Assembly: GCA_045540375.1 (NCBI GenBank)
Contig: JAZQHD010000146.1
Location: 32,117-96,116 of the forward strand
Reading direction: 5' to 3'
Length of the DNA: 64,000 bases
Source of the DNA: Ructibacterium sp.
Lineage (GTDB): Bacteria; Bacillota; Clostridia; Monoglobales; Monoglobaceae
Both the position numbers and the translations under genes were made by a program. Below the pieces are notes generated by a model that had not been told where the DNA came from, searched no databases, and saw nothing but the letters and a program-made list of their open reading frames with translations. Of the stretch, positions 41,301 to 50,564 are shown piece by piece (within the stretch, counting starts at the first letter, position 1; every line of letters begins with the position of its first letter).

Positions 41301-41665
41301 TCAGACACACGAATGCGATAACGAGCATCTACATTTTTAATTTCGTCAGCATTGGCACGATTTACTCCTGCTGGCGCAGCAATTCCTTTGCCATCAGAAG
41401 CATCTTCGTCCTCAACGATACTCATTATACCATCAGACAAAACGCCTTTTTCTGCCTCAACGTAGAATGACCCCGGTGCAGCCTCAGGTACATCAAATGC
41501 CTCAAGGGAAAGATAGTCATCACTACCTTTTAAGTAGTATTGACTTTTATCCTCCTCAGCCAAAGCAACTCCATTACCTATGCCAAGCACAAGAGTCATA
41601 GCAAACAAAGCACTACATAAAGCTGCAGCGCATCTTCGTATTGTAATATGATTCATTTTTCTCAC
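38312..41665 (-). CDS. Secreted beta-helix protein, paralog of 34451..38287, with N-terminal CBM6/35-like domain
   Basis: Signal peptide; FYVEAE..GLYRVYVR..GTHIL..IDCILIT; LMVPMR/LMVPLS; shares PTFENIS, HPAG, RYND, DIYGNM, DD..E.D with the neighbour. Confidence 0.75.
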   Translation of the reverse strand: MRKMNHITIRRCAAALCSALFAMTLVLGIGNGVALAEEDKSQYYLKGSDDYLSLEAFDVPEAAPGSFYVEAEKGVLSDGIMSIVEDEDASDGKGIAAPAGVNRANADEIKNVDARYRIRVSDPGLYRVYVRMKTPAKGQKSTHFAFDENRYRRVDYSTTLGDYTWYTSNASDKNIISETYTSVTAAYLDKGTHILNAKARQGGHIIDCILITKKTWTPMGFGSLPDEPYRYTEAELEVIAYENSLPKLVIDGNKWLTDVKIQKDGGELMVPMRNLMNIMGVEVKLREEYYLASYGRDYIKVYISSDVAVANGREFKMSKESYLYEDNVLMVPLSALKQAFDFDYTYDEVDHTTNISTHFRTEDTIRRESTDIIETDPYLYGATYKLKIDRPNAKIKVWLKRRMDSFYAGQWQEYTKAKFKGGWKGGGGSKMDYYWGQIFTPTYENGYFEGDCGSLYRDSGYDMKVSIIDGDFTDTFIIEKAIKTLPLDFREYIEDEDWVITEGKLVAIPTFENISYYIDEADPETTCEIWFKEKGTSKWRQAFQPIYDTRVTGGQYRGSIVYLNEDTEYEIKADIIKDGKVIRTETTECRTWTSDVPIAKTIPISEIYEGGKYEPLVLRNIEGSENGWIKIVGDRKTVIDAGHEWKQSVYLSNCKYLILEGLTVKGGDKFGINITRGCENVRVINCDISGWSSTGVMNPWLKGYITDGNVRNLDGGIRIWNAKNVVIERCYIHDTLGSTNPWTFGDTSTFADYYIRSHPAGPCAMLLGGSQGLVIRYNDMIGSDQHRFNDVMESEINGGNYAGPGFDSDIYGNMWYCNEDDSLEIDSSGRNVRVYENRSEQSLCGVSTAPTHVGPLYIYRNLFTNRGNSQNDNTNPSIKIDGGEGMQFILNNTMSTAIRSSGLFLHGYARNNITTQSRNGGGGEAEIADYDIVTGQNKKPSESYEPHGFFTQPEYVDTEIGDFRLATGSVGIDQGEHLNNFSDFSVGKTDIGAFEQGGKYDFFPYRPIDASADKYFASLKDKGEITVTFKLGEIEEGLTYRIHTNLQNEFLQIEGVDCDLTGTAESGKSYTVKIKGDLSNHHIWLNNKKLYLDEGNGMLFFRFSNGLSIPVTVYVEK

Positions 41666-41680
41666 ATTATCACCTTACTT

Positions 41681-42769
41681 TTACAAATGTTCCTCATTGA
41701 CATCACGCTGAATATCTATACTTTTTTCACGCAATCCGCTGGGCGTTACATGAAAGAAGGCCTTGAATGAACTTGTAAAATAACTCAGGGACCGATACCC
41801 AACCGCCTCTGCTATTTCACTGAAAGACTTATCTGTATTAATAACCAGATATCTTGCTCTTTCCATTTTTTTCTGAGTAATATATTTGCTTACAGTAATA
41901 CCTTCAATACTTTTAAATATTCTGTTTAAATGATCTTTGGAAAAATTAAATGCATTAGAAATATCGGCTATGCTAAAATCAAAAAGATAATAATTTTCAT
42001 CAATGTACTTCCTGATTCTTGCAACGCGTTGTGCGTTCAGATCGCTTTCTTCAAATTGATATGATTTTTTGATAAAGCTAAGTATTCTCTCTTGCAAAAT
42101 CTCCATGATTTCCTGATGAGATTGAATCAGCTTAATACGTTGGAGCAATGATTCCCGATTATTTGAAACAGCAGCTTGGCTAAAACCAATCTTCTTCAGG
42201 TAAATACATAATACATCAATAATCTTTCCGTATACAAGTTGAAGTAAATGGAAATCAACCAGCTTATTTCCTATTACAGAAATATTTTGAAAAATCTCAT
42301 CCAAATAGATTTGATCGCATTGCTCAAAGGCATTTATGATATCATCATTGTATTCATCATTAAGTAACCCACGAACCCAGGCAAGTAATTGCTGATTTTT
42401 TGCAATCGTTTTTAAATCTTCTGAAAGCTTATTTATGGTGTTGAGCACCAAGGGCTTGAGCAAATAATCATATATTTTCAGCCCAATGCCCTCGCGTGCT
42501 ACAAAAAAATCTTCATACGCGGTAAGAAGTATGATTTCCGCTTTTATATTTTGTTCTCTTAACTTTTTGATCAGCTCCAAACCACCCATAACCGGCATTT
42601 TCAGATCACAAATAATAACATCAACATCACATGTTGTTGCAATATCATATGCCTCTTTGCCATTGGAAGCAGTATACGGCTGTTCATATCCCAACTCTTC
42701 CCAGTTAATAAGTTTTTGAAAACATTGTTCAACAACTAAATCGTCGTCAACAATCAAAGCTCTTAACAT
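41681..42769 (-). CDS. YesN-like response regulator (REC + AraC HTH)
   Basis: IVDDD, CDLKMPVMGG, DYLLKP; C-terminal IAEAVGY.S.SYF...FK. Confidence 0.92.
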   Translation of the reverse strand: MLRALIVDDDLVVEQCFQKLINWEELGYEQPYTASNGKEAYDIATTCDVDVIICDLKMPVMGGLELIKKLREQNIKAEIILLTAYEDFFVAREGIGLKIYDYLLKPLVLNTINKLSEDLKTIAKNQQLLAWVRGLLNDEYNDDIINAFEQCDQIYLDEIFQNISVIGNKLVDFHLLQLVYGKIIDVLCIYLKKIGFSQAAVSNNRESLLQRIKLIQSHQEIMEILQERILSFIKKSYQFEESDLNAQRVARIRKYIDENYYLFDFSIADISNAFNFSKDHLNRIFKSIEGITVSKYITQKKMERARYLVINTDKSFSEIAEAVGYRSLSYFTSSFKAFFHVTPSGLREKSIDIQRDVNEEHL

Positions 42770-42798
42770 ACTACTACCTTCTTTAAAACAGATGTTTT

Positions 42799-44253
42799 TT
42801 ATTTATTCTTTCTCCATGCATCATACTGCTTCTGAAGCTCTGCTTTTACATCCTCAACACCTGCGTTTTTCAAGCCCTGAAGCATAGCATCCAGGTATTG
42901 ATCCGGATCAACGGCACCGCAACACAGTAACGGATTGTATTCACTTAACACACCAGCACAAGCCGCAAGCTTACTCTTAACAGGCGTTGTATCACATGCA
43001 AATCCCAGGTTGCTTGCTTCAATTGCGGATTCATTAAATACCTTGAATTTCTCATATTTATCGTCTGGCTCATCAACCAAAAGCGCACTAATCATCATAT
43101 TACCGGAAGCTGCATTGTCCATCTTATATAAATCCAAAGCGCCTTCTCTTCTCTTTACTTTTCCATCAACAAGATCGTAGTGTTTACCTTCAATACCATA
43201 GGTAATCATATTTTTAACCTGGGGATCTGTATTCCACAATTCAAGGAATGCTAACGCTTTATCAACATTCTTTGACTTGCTATAAATACAGAACGGAGTT
43301 GCCATCATACTGGTATTGGTCTTAATAATGGGAGCTACCGGAATCACCTCATAATCAGCATTGTTGGTCCATCCAAGAGAAATCTCTGCATATGGATGAT
43401 GCCAAATATACGCCAATCCTGATTTTCCTGCATTATGATAAGAAGAATAATCAGTTCTGGTCGTAATATCTTTAGCAATGTATCCCTTATTATACCAATC
43501 GCGCATTAAGTATACAAAATCACGATATTCTTTTGTCTCCATGAAGTGAACAATCTTGTCAGGGTCATCACGCTTTACAACGAACTCTTCCGTAATAACA
43601 TCATATTTGTTCTTTAAAGCAAGGTTCAAATGAGTTGTTGAAGTTGAAAGAATTTCAAAACCAGCTCTTTCCGGATCCTTCTTGAGGGCAGCAAGAATCG
43701 GCTCAACATCTTTGAGCTCTTTGATTTTAGAAATATCAATATTATTCTCTTCGATAACCTTCTTATCTACAAGCACTACCCAAGATTCAGCAAACTCCTT
43801 ATAAGTTGGAACTGCATAAATCTTTCCGTCAATTTTCACGCCTTCCCAAAGCTCCTCAGGAATAGCATTATACAGTTTTGGGTACTCATTTTTCACCTTG
43901 TCTGTGATATCAACAAAAGCATTCTGACGTGCTCGATCAATAATCGTAGTATAATTCTCAAGACCGATATCCATCTGTTCATTAGATGCAAGCATCAAAG
44001 CAATCTTATCACTATTATATCCAAAATTAAACTCAACATCAAATCCAAGTTTTTCTCTTGTAATTTTGCTCAGCTCCTGATTTACCAGTTCACAATCGGG
44101 ACGATTTTTCAGTCTGACAAAAATTTTCAATGTATCGCTGGTTTCGGCGTTCTGCTCCGCAGGTTCGTTGGAACATCCGGAAATTCCAGTTATTAATAAG
44201 CAAATAACTGTAACAATCCCAATTAATTTCATAAACTTTTTCATAACATACAT
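42799..44253 (-). CDS. Oligosaccharide ABC transporter solute-binding lipoprotein
   Basis: Lipobox ISGC; DGKIYAVP, YGIEGKHY, ELQKQYDAW C-terminus. Confidence 0.9.
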   Translation of the reverse strand: MYVMKKFMKLIGIVTVICLLITGISGCSNEPAEQNAETSDTLKIFVRLKNRPDCELVNQELSKITREKLGFDVEFNFGYNSDKIALMLASNEQMDIGLENYTTIIDRARQNAFVDITDKVKNEYPKLYNAIPEELWEGVKIDGKIYAVPTYKEFAESWVVLVDKKVIEENNIDISKIKELKDVEPILAALKKDPERAGFEILSTSTTHLNLALKNKYDVITEEFVVKRDDPDKIVHFMETKEYRDFVYLMRDWYNKGYIAKDITTRTDYSSYHNAGKSGLAYIWHHPYAEISLGWTNNADYEVIPVAPIIKTNTSMMATPFCIYSKSKNVDKALAFLELWNTDPQVKNMITYGIEGKHYDLVDGKVKRREGALDLYKMDNAASGNMMISALLVDEPDDKYEKFKVFNESAIEASNLGFACDTTPVKSKLAACAGVLSEYNPLLCCGAVDPDQYLDAMLQGLKNAGVEDVKAELQKQYDAWRKNK

Positions 44254-44308
44254 TCCTTTCTGCCTTTTATTTTCTATGAAATAACTTAAGGCATAAATAT
44301 ATTAATTA

Positions 44309-45244
44309 TTATCCTTTTACTGAGCCAACAGTGATACCCTTGATGAAATACTTCTGGAAAAACGGGTATGCAACCATAATAGGTGCAATGGAGAAGAACA
44401 AAATCGCCATTCGGGCAGACTCTGAAGGAATATCCTTTAATGCAAGTACATCTTCGGCAGTAAGCGTACCCATATTCTTTCTCAAAAAGTCAATATCTTT
44501 TTCGATTTTGATCAGCACCAACTGCAAGGTAGATAGATTCGGATTATCTAAGTATAGATAAGCCGTTTGCCATTCATTCCAGTGACTAACCGCACTCATA
44601 AATCCAATGGAAGCCATAACCGGAACCATAATCGGCATCACAATTTTGAAAAAGGTATAAATTTCGCCTGCGCCGTCAATCGCCGCCGCTTCAATCAGGG
44701 ATTGCGGAACATTGGAGCGAACAAATGTTCGCATTACAATGGTATTCCAAGCAGTAACACAGGTAGGAAGTATCAAAATCAAAAGATTATTCTTCAAGCC
44801 ATAGATATTGGTGTTAATCAAATAAGCACCCAGCATACCTCCGCTAAAAAGTGTTGTGAAAACAACAAATTTTGACAAAAATTTGTTCAGTTTGAAATCA
44901 CCTTGGCTCAACACGTAGGCAAACATACTTGTAATAAAAACCGTTAACACACTACCAACAAGGGTTTCATACAACGTGATTCCATATGCACGAACAATTT
45001 GCTCTGCAAATGCCGATACATATTGAAACGCCTCCATGGAAAACTGTTCCGGGAAAAAGCTGAATCCTTTTTCGGCAATACTTGCTTCACTACTAAAAGC
45101 AACAATAATAATCAGCAAAACAGGAACAGCGCAGATAATCGCCATTATTCCAATTACAATCCGAAGGAGCAATTGTCCGCCTGAGATACCTTTTAATTTT
45201 CTTTTAGGTGTTGATTTAGTTGTTTGGATATCAGAACAAAGCAT
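44309..45244 (-). CDS. Carbohydrate ABC transporter permease (LplC-like)
   Basis: EAA motif LIEAAAIDGA; YPFFQKYFIKGITVGSVKG. Confidence 0.92.
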   Translation of the reverse strand: MLCSDIQTTKSTPKRKLKGISGGQLLLRIVIGIMAIICAVPVLLIIIVAFSSEASIAEKGFSFFPEQFSMEAFQYVSAFAEQIVRAYGITLYETLVGSVLTVFITSMFAYVLSQGDFKLNKFLSKFVVFTTLFSGGMLGAYLINTNIYGLKNNLLILILPTCVTAWNTIVMRTFVRSNVPQSLIEAAAIDGAGEIYTFFKIVMPIMVPVMASIGFMSAVSHWNEWQTAYLYLDNPNLSTLQLVLIKIEKDIDFLRKNMGTLTAEDVLALKDIPSESARMAILFFSIAPIMVAYPFFQKYFIKGITVGSVKG

Positions 45245-46166
45245 TTTCTTCATCCTTTCTGCGTACAAGCCAGTTTACAAATACAACCATAAAACAACCT
45301 ACCACCGACTGGAACAGGGTTACAGCCGCTGTGCTGCCGAGATCGCTTCCAGTTGTCATAGCATTCATAACATAAGCATCAATGGTTTGCGTAGTAGAGT
45401 ACAGAATACCTGTATTTCTTGTAACCTGATAGAACAAACCGGTATTAGAATGCATAATTCCACCAAGAGCTAACAATATATTAATGCTCACCATAGATTT
45501 AAGCATTGGCAAAGTAATATACCGTGTTCTTTGCCATTTTGTTGCACCATCAATTTCTGCAGCTTCAAAAAGCGTGGGATCCATACCGGATAATGCCGAT
45601 AAATAAATAACCGATCCATATCCACAGTTTTTCCACACATGGACAATCAACAAAATAACAGGCCAGACCTTGGGGGTCAGGTACCAGGCAACCTCCTCCA
45701 TTCCTAGAGAAGCCAAGAAACCGTTAATCATACCATTTCCGTCGTTTAAAAAGGCTTTCGCTATGTATGAAACTGCAATCCACGAAACAAACGTCGGGAA
45801 AATCATAATCATATGCGAATACTTTCCAAAACGATTCGAGGTACATTCATAAATTAAGATTGCAATGGTAACATTCATAACCGTCCCAATCCCTGTAAGC
45901 AAACACCAATACAACACCGTGTTTCGAACAATACGAATCGTTGTGTCTTTAGACTCAATCAAAAGCTGAAAGTTTTGAAGTCCGCACCAATCACTTCCAA
46001 AAAGCCCCAATGTGTAATCATAATCTTTAAATGCAGCGAGTAATCCAACCATGGGCATATACGAAAACATCACCATCATAACAAACCCGGGAATACCCAT
46101 TAGGAATAAGCCCTTATGCTTACTTATGTTGCGTAAGAGCGACCCTTGTTTTAACCGTCTCTCCAT
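45231..46166 (-). CDS. Carbohydrate ABC transporter permease (LplB-like)
   Basis: AFKDY, GLQNF, LFEAAEIDGA..WQR..ITLP. Start MERRLK behind AAGGAGG. Confidence 0.92.
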   Translation of the reverse strand: MERRLKQGSLLRNISKHKGLFLMGIPGFVMMVMFSYMPMVGLLAAFKDYDYTLGLFGSDWCGLQNFQLLIESKDTTIRIVRNTVLYWCLLTGIGTVMNVTIAILIYECTSNRFGKYSHMIMIFPTFVSWIAVSYIAKAFLNDGNGMINGFLASLGMEEVAWYLTPKVWPVILLIVHVWKNCGYGSVIYLSALSGMDPTLFEAAEIDGATKWQRTRYITLPMLKSMVSINILLALGGIMHSNTGLFYQVTRNTGILYSTTQTIDAYVMNAMTTGSDLGSTAAVTLFQSVVGCFMVVFVNWLVRRKDEENALF

Positions 46167-46290
46167 ATTTTCTGCCTCCTTTTTCTTAATTCTATCATTT
46201 CCCAGTAAATTCACGCAATCACAAATTCTCGCGATACTATCAATTTTTCGACATCTTTACATATTTCCATAGCATCCCAAATGACATTTC

Positions 46291-46319
46291 TTGCATTTTA
46301 CTCAAAACTATGCTACACT
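46291..46319 (+). promoter_or_regulatory. Putative sigmaA promoter for the sensor kinase
   Basis: TTGCAT-17 nt-TACACT with a TG extension. Confidence 0.5.
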
Positions 46320-46356
46320 CAATTTAGTTAGGACATTCTTGTCAAGGAGGGTTACT

Positions 46357-48093
46357 ATGCTTCGTTTTCTATATAGTTTAAAAATTCGAATTGCTGTTTT
46401 TGTGATCATTACTCTTTTAGGTATTGCACTACTTCTACAGGGTACCGTTGGAGTTTATTATGCCTATGAATCCAAAAACTCCTCCCAAGAAATGGCATCA
46501 CTCATTATTAATAATGACGCCTCAAATTTATCCGCGTTATTAGATCGTGTTGAGTCTTTGGTCAGTTTGATTGAAACCGATGAAGAGTATCTTTTTAAAC
46601 CAACACATTCTGTGGCAAACGATATTATTTTAGATTCCAAAACATTCAATGCAACGAATGAAAAATTACGAAAGCTGATAGGAACCAACATTACAGACTC
46701 CGCCTTTAACAACTCTTTTCTTTTTCTTCCTGACTCTTTACCGCTGACCTATGTTGCTCCTGAGTATTCCACATCATTCAATACTTCATTGCGTTCAAAT
46801 ACCATTGGCATTTACGCCATCAATAGTATCAAGGAAACTTCTTGGTATCAAAATATGAAAGATACTGTAGATACTTTTATCTGGGTCGAAAAACCTTCCG
46901 GTCGTGAAATCCTTTGCTTTGCACAAAACATTTACTACAATGCTCTGCAAGGGAATGATGTTACCTCGATCCCCATCGGCGTCTTTTATATCTCCTTTGA
47001 CTTACCATCTCTGCTTAATCAGTTAAAACTCAATGATTTCTATCCACAATCTTCTGTCACACTTTCTTATAACGAAGATATCATATATTCTACTGCCCAA
47101 AACAATATTAGCAAAAACCCAAAAGATTTTGTATATACTTCCAGTCTTTATCCGGGGCTAACCTTACGTGCCCATATTCCAAAACGTAACATCAACGCCT
47201 CATATTATGCACAATCCTTCGTAACCCTTATTATGCTTGGCGTTTTACTCCTACTTGGCAATGTTCTATTTTCTTACATTTATTCCGCTATCATCTCGCC
47301 AATCGAAAAAATGACCCGCTATCTTTTGAAAAAAGAAAAACTCCCTCGCGATCTACAACAAAATCTGACACCAGAGATTGACATCTTATACCAAAGCCAC
47401 AACATTATGATTGATAGAGTGAATGAGGCAATGATTGAAAGCCGTGATAGCTACTACAAGATGCTGCAAGCACAAATTAATCCGCACTTTACCTATAATG
47501 TTTTAAATAGTATCAGTGCTATTTCTCTCATGAAGGGAGATTATGAAATCTCAGAAACCATATCTAACTTGGTTGAAATGTTAAGATACGGAATCAATGC
47601 ACCCGAAAAACTGGTTTCACTTTCTGAAGAACTTTCTATTTCCGAAAAATTTATTGCAATTCAAAACTTCAGATATCAGAAGAAAATTATCGTTAAATAC
47701 GATATTCCAGATGAACTTTTAAATCTAAAAATGCCAAAGCTGACCATCCAACCCTTGATAGAGAATTCTATCTTCCATTCAGACACAAGCTTAAACGATC
47801 AAGACATATACATTTCCATTCAGGTATCATCCTTCGACAGCATTGTTCAAATTACAATTTATGATAACAACTCAGCGGATCTCAATCGGTTAAACGCTCA
47901 TCTACAACATGAAAACATCGACACTAACACCGATCGACGTGGACTCGGCATCTATAACATCAACCAAAGACTTTCCCTCATCTTTGGCCAGCAATATGGA
48001 CTTCGCTATGAATTAGACGAGTCTGGCTTGCGCACAATTGTCACATTGCCCACAGCTGCAAATCCCATAACTAACCAGGCAAATATGATTTAG
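46357..48093 (+). CDS. YesM-like sensor histidine kinase
   Basis: Two TM segments; LQAQINPHFTYNVLN, PKLTIQPLIENS, GLGIYNINQRL. Start ATG behind AAGGAGG. Confidence 0.92.
   Translation: MLRFLYSLKIRIAVFVIITLLGIALLLQGTVGVYYAYESKNSSQEMASLIINNDASNLSALLDRVESLVSLIETDEEYLFKPTHSVANDIILDSKTFNATNEKLRKLIGTNITDSAFNNSFLFLPDSLPLTYVAPEYSTSFNTSLRSNTIGIYAINSIKETSWYQNMKDTVDTFIWVEKPSGREILCFAQNIYYNALQGNDVTSIPIGVFYISFDLPSLLNQLKLNDFYPQSSVTLSYNEDIIYSTAQNNISKNPKDFVYTSSLYPGLTLRAHIPKRNINASYYAQSFVTLIMLGVLLLLGNVLFSYIYSAIISPIEKMTRYLLKKEKLPRDLQQNLTPEIDILYQSHNIMIDRVNEAMIESRDSYYKMLQAQINPHFTYNVLNSISAISLMKGDYEISETISNLVEMLRYGINAPEKLVSLSEELSISEKFIAIQNFRYQKKIIVKYDIPDELLNLKMPKLTIQPLIENSIFHSDTSLNDQDIYISIQVSSFDSIVQITIYDNNSADLNRLNAHLQHENIDTNTDRRGLGIYNINQRLSLIFGQQYGLRYELDESGLRTIVTLPTAANPITNQANMI
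47995..48045 (+). repeat. 51-bp direct repeat copy 2 (inside kinase 3' end)
   Basis: 48/51 identical to 6778..6828. Confidence 0.92.
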
Positions 48094-48122
48094 AAATATT
48101 GAGTATGAAACATTTATAATAA

Positions 48123-48148
48123 AGAGGAGCAGTTTTCACTGCTCCTCT
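48123..48148. terminator. Terminator hairpin of pdaB-like remnant 1 (also downstream of the kinase)
   Basis: AGAGGAGCAGT-TTTC-ACTGCTCCTCT, identical to 51602..51627. Confidence 0.75.
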
Positions 48149-48350
48149 TGTTGTTTTTGATACTGTTTTCCTGCTTGGTCGATGGCATAGTTTCCGGTGT
48201 AGATGAGTTCTGAAATGGGAACAAACTGATAGCCATCGCTTTGGAGTTTTTCTATGATTCCAGGAAGTGCCATTGGTGTATTCTTTGCAGCATTGTGAAA
48301 TAGTACAATGGAGTCGCAGTTCACTTTTTCCGTAATTCGCTTCGTGATTT
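48136..48350 (-). pseudogene. 3' remnant 1 of a PdaB-like polysaccharide deacetylase (CE4/NodB)
   Basis: ITKRITEKVNCDSIVLFHNAAKNTPMALPGIIEKLQSDGYQFVPISELI. Catalytic N-terminal motifs absent; stop TAA changed to CAA. Confidence 0.85.
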
Positions 48351-48457
48351 TCATAGAAAACAATCCTTTTTAAGCCACACTGTCTAAGCAATATCCTTAC
48401 AATGAATCCATGAATTTTTAACACATTTTTCCTCTATTTTTTGCTTTATCTTTTCAC

Positions 48458-48486
48458 TTGTTAACCTCCAAAAACCGTGCTAAAAT
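48458..48486 (+). promoter_or_regulatory. Putative sigmaA promoter of the aminotransferase cassette
   Basis: TTGTTA-17 nt-TAAAAT with a TG extension. Confidence 0.55.
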
Positions 48487-48519
48487 TATAGTATCAACCA
48501 CTTTTAGGAGGTAACAAAA

Positions 48520-49710
48520 ATGAGCATAATTGAAAGAATCAGCGAAAAGGAAAGGCAATATGTAGAGGAAGTTTTATCCATGAACTTTCGTACCTCTGCA
48601 AACAGCAAAATGACCAGACGTTTAGAGGAGGCTTTTGCAGAAAAATTTGATAGCAAGTATGCCATTGCTTTTTGTAACGGCACAGCCACATTGCACGTTG
48701 CTTTAGAAGCGGTTGGCGTTGGTTTAGGAGATGAAGTTATCGTTCCTCCTCTCACCATGTCCAGTACAACTTACGGTGTTCTCCATGCTAATGCAACACC
48801 AGTTTTTGCAGATGTTGACCCGGAAACATTTGTCATCTCCGCAGAATCAATTGAAAAATGTATTACTCCCAGAACAAAGGCCATTGTTGTAGTTTCTCTG
48901 TTTGGTCTTGCACCTGACTTTGATGCCATCAGTGCCATTGCAAAAAAACACAACTTGGCTGTCATTGAAGACGACGCACAATGTTTTCTTGGAAAATATA
49001 AAGGCAAGACTGTTGGCACTCTTGGGGACATTGCAAGCTTCAGTTTTCAGAGTTCCAAGCATATCACATGCGGTGAAGGCGGTATGCTGATTACCCAGAG
49101 TCAGGAACTGGCAGACAAGATTCGAAGATACTCCTGCCTGGGTTATGCCAATGTAAGTTCTTCCAAAGGTAAAATTACAAAAACAGATATTCAAGACCCC
49201 AATTATTGCAGACATGCTTCTCTTGGTTGGAACTACAGATTAAGTGATGTTTGTAGTGCAGTAGCATTAGGTCAGGTAGAGCGTCTGGAAGAACTGGTAG
49301 CACTCCGCCAAAAATCCGCCGCATATTTTGCAGAAGCAGTAAAAGATGCTACCTTCCTAACTCCTCAAAAAACAGGTGAGGATTACGAAAACGCTTATTG
49401 GGCATTTGTTACCAAAATTAACGATGATAGTATTGGTTGGCACACCTTCCGTAATAAGTATATGGAACTAGGCGGCGACGGTATTTATGCTGCTTGGAAG
49501 CTTACATATCAAGAACCCATGTTCCGAGAAATGACCCTGCTCCGGAGAGAAACCCTCCTCAACGAAGGCGTCAATTACAATGACGGTATCTGCCCGGTTG
49601 CAGAACATTTACAGCCCAGACTGCTCCAATTCAAAACCAATTATTTCGATATGGACGAGGCAGAAAAACAGGCTGAAATTTTGAAAAAAACCATTCAATA
49701 CTTCAAATAA
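48520..49710 (+). CDS. DegT/DnrJ/EryC1/StrS family PLP-dependent sugar aminotransferase
   Basis: NGTATLH, GDEVIVP, IEDDAQ, SFSFQSSKHITCGEGG (PLP Lys), GWNYRL. Confidence 0.93.
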   Translation: MSIIERISEKERQYVEEVLSMNFRTSANSKMTRRLEEAFAEKFDSKYAIAFCNGTATLHVALEAVGVGLGDEVIVPPLTMSSTTYGVLHANATPVFADVDPETFVISAESIEKCITPRTKAIVVVSLFGLAPDFDAISAIAKKHNLAVIEDDAQCFLGKYKGKTVGTLGDIASFSFQSSKHITCGEGGMLITQSQELADKIRRYSCLGYANVSSSKGKITKTDIQDPNYCRHASLGWNYRLSDVCSAVALGQVERLEELVALRQKSAAYFAEAVKDATFLTPQKTGEDYENAYWAFVTKINDDSIGWHTFRNKYMELGGDGIYAAWKLTYQEPMFREMTLLRRETLLNEGVNYNDGICPVAEHLQPRLLQFKTNYFDMDEAEKQAEILKKTIQYFK

Positions 49711-49722
49711 GGAGTGTTTCCT

Positions 49723-50505
49723 ATGAAAGATATGTTTGATTTAACCGGAAAAGTAATCCTGGTTATGGGTGGATCCGGAAATTTAGGAACAGCGGAAATC
49801 AACGCGCTCGCATCTTTTGGGGCTACCGTTTTGAGCGTTCATTTACAAGATGAGCAATCTTCAAATGAAACCCGACCTAACGTTATTCATATTGAAGCAA
49901 ACTTCGCTGACTCCAGTGAATATCAATCCGTCTTTGAAACAATTGCTAAAAACTACGGCAGGATTGATGTTTTAATTAACAATGCAGCCTATGGCGGTGG
50001 TAGCGGTGGCAAAGGCATCAGCCTAGAAATTGAGAACTTTGATGATGAATCCTGGCTATCCGGCATTGAGGGCAATCTTGGATTGACATTCCGTAATATC
50101 AGAGCATCTATTCCTTTTATGAAAGAAAATGGTGGTAGCATTATCAATATCGCCTCAATGTATGGTGTTGTTTCTCCCGATCCATCTATTTATGGCGATA
50201 GCGGGAATAATAGTCCTGTCACCTACGGCGTATCTAAGGCCGGAGTTTTGCAAATGACTCGGTATGCAGCAGCCCATCTGGCGAAATATGGTATCCGAGT
50301 AAATGCTGTTACACCGGGTCCATTTCCCAATGAGAAGACCTTGTCCAACAAAGAGTTTTCCCAAAAACTTGCCGACAAGACAATGCTAAAAAGGGTTGGA
50401 GTCAGTGATGAAATTAGCGGTGCAATTGTTCTGTTGGCTTCCGACGCCTCCACTTTTATGACCGGAAGCAATATTACAGTTGACGGCGGCTGGACCGCAT
50501 GGTAA
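49723..50505 (+). CDS. SDR family oxidoreductase
   Basis: GGSGNLG, NNAA, YGVSK, VNAVTPG, VDGGW. Confidence 0.9.
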   Translation: MKDMFDLTGKVILVMGGSGNLGTAEINALASFGATVLSVHLQDEQSSNETRPNVIHIEANFADSSEYQSVFETIAKNYGRIDVLINNAAYGGGSGGKGISLEIENFDDESWLSGIEGNLGLTFRNIRASIPFMKENGGSIINIASMYGVVSPDPSIYGDSGNNSPVTYGVSKAGVLQMTRYAAAHLAKYGIRVNAVTPGPFPNEKTLSNKEFSQKLADKTMLKRVGVSDEISGAIVLLASDASTFMTGSNITVDGGWTAW

Positions 50506-50510
50506 AATAT

Positions 50511-50541
50511 AAAAGGCTAAAGGGTTTTCTTTAGCCTTTTT
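50511..50541 (+). terminator. Intrinsic terminator after SDR
   Basis: AAAAGGCTAAAG-GGTTTT-CTTTAGCCTTTTT. Confidence 0.75.
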
Positions 50542-50564
50542 CTTAACCAACGGAGGTGGCATCT

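Noticed and set aside
42799-46166. ABC transporter lacks an ATPase gene
   Set aside because: Normal for Firmicute carbohydrate ABC systems, which share an MsmX-type ATPase encoded elsewhere.
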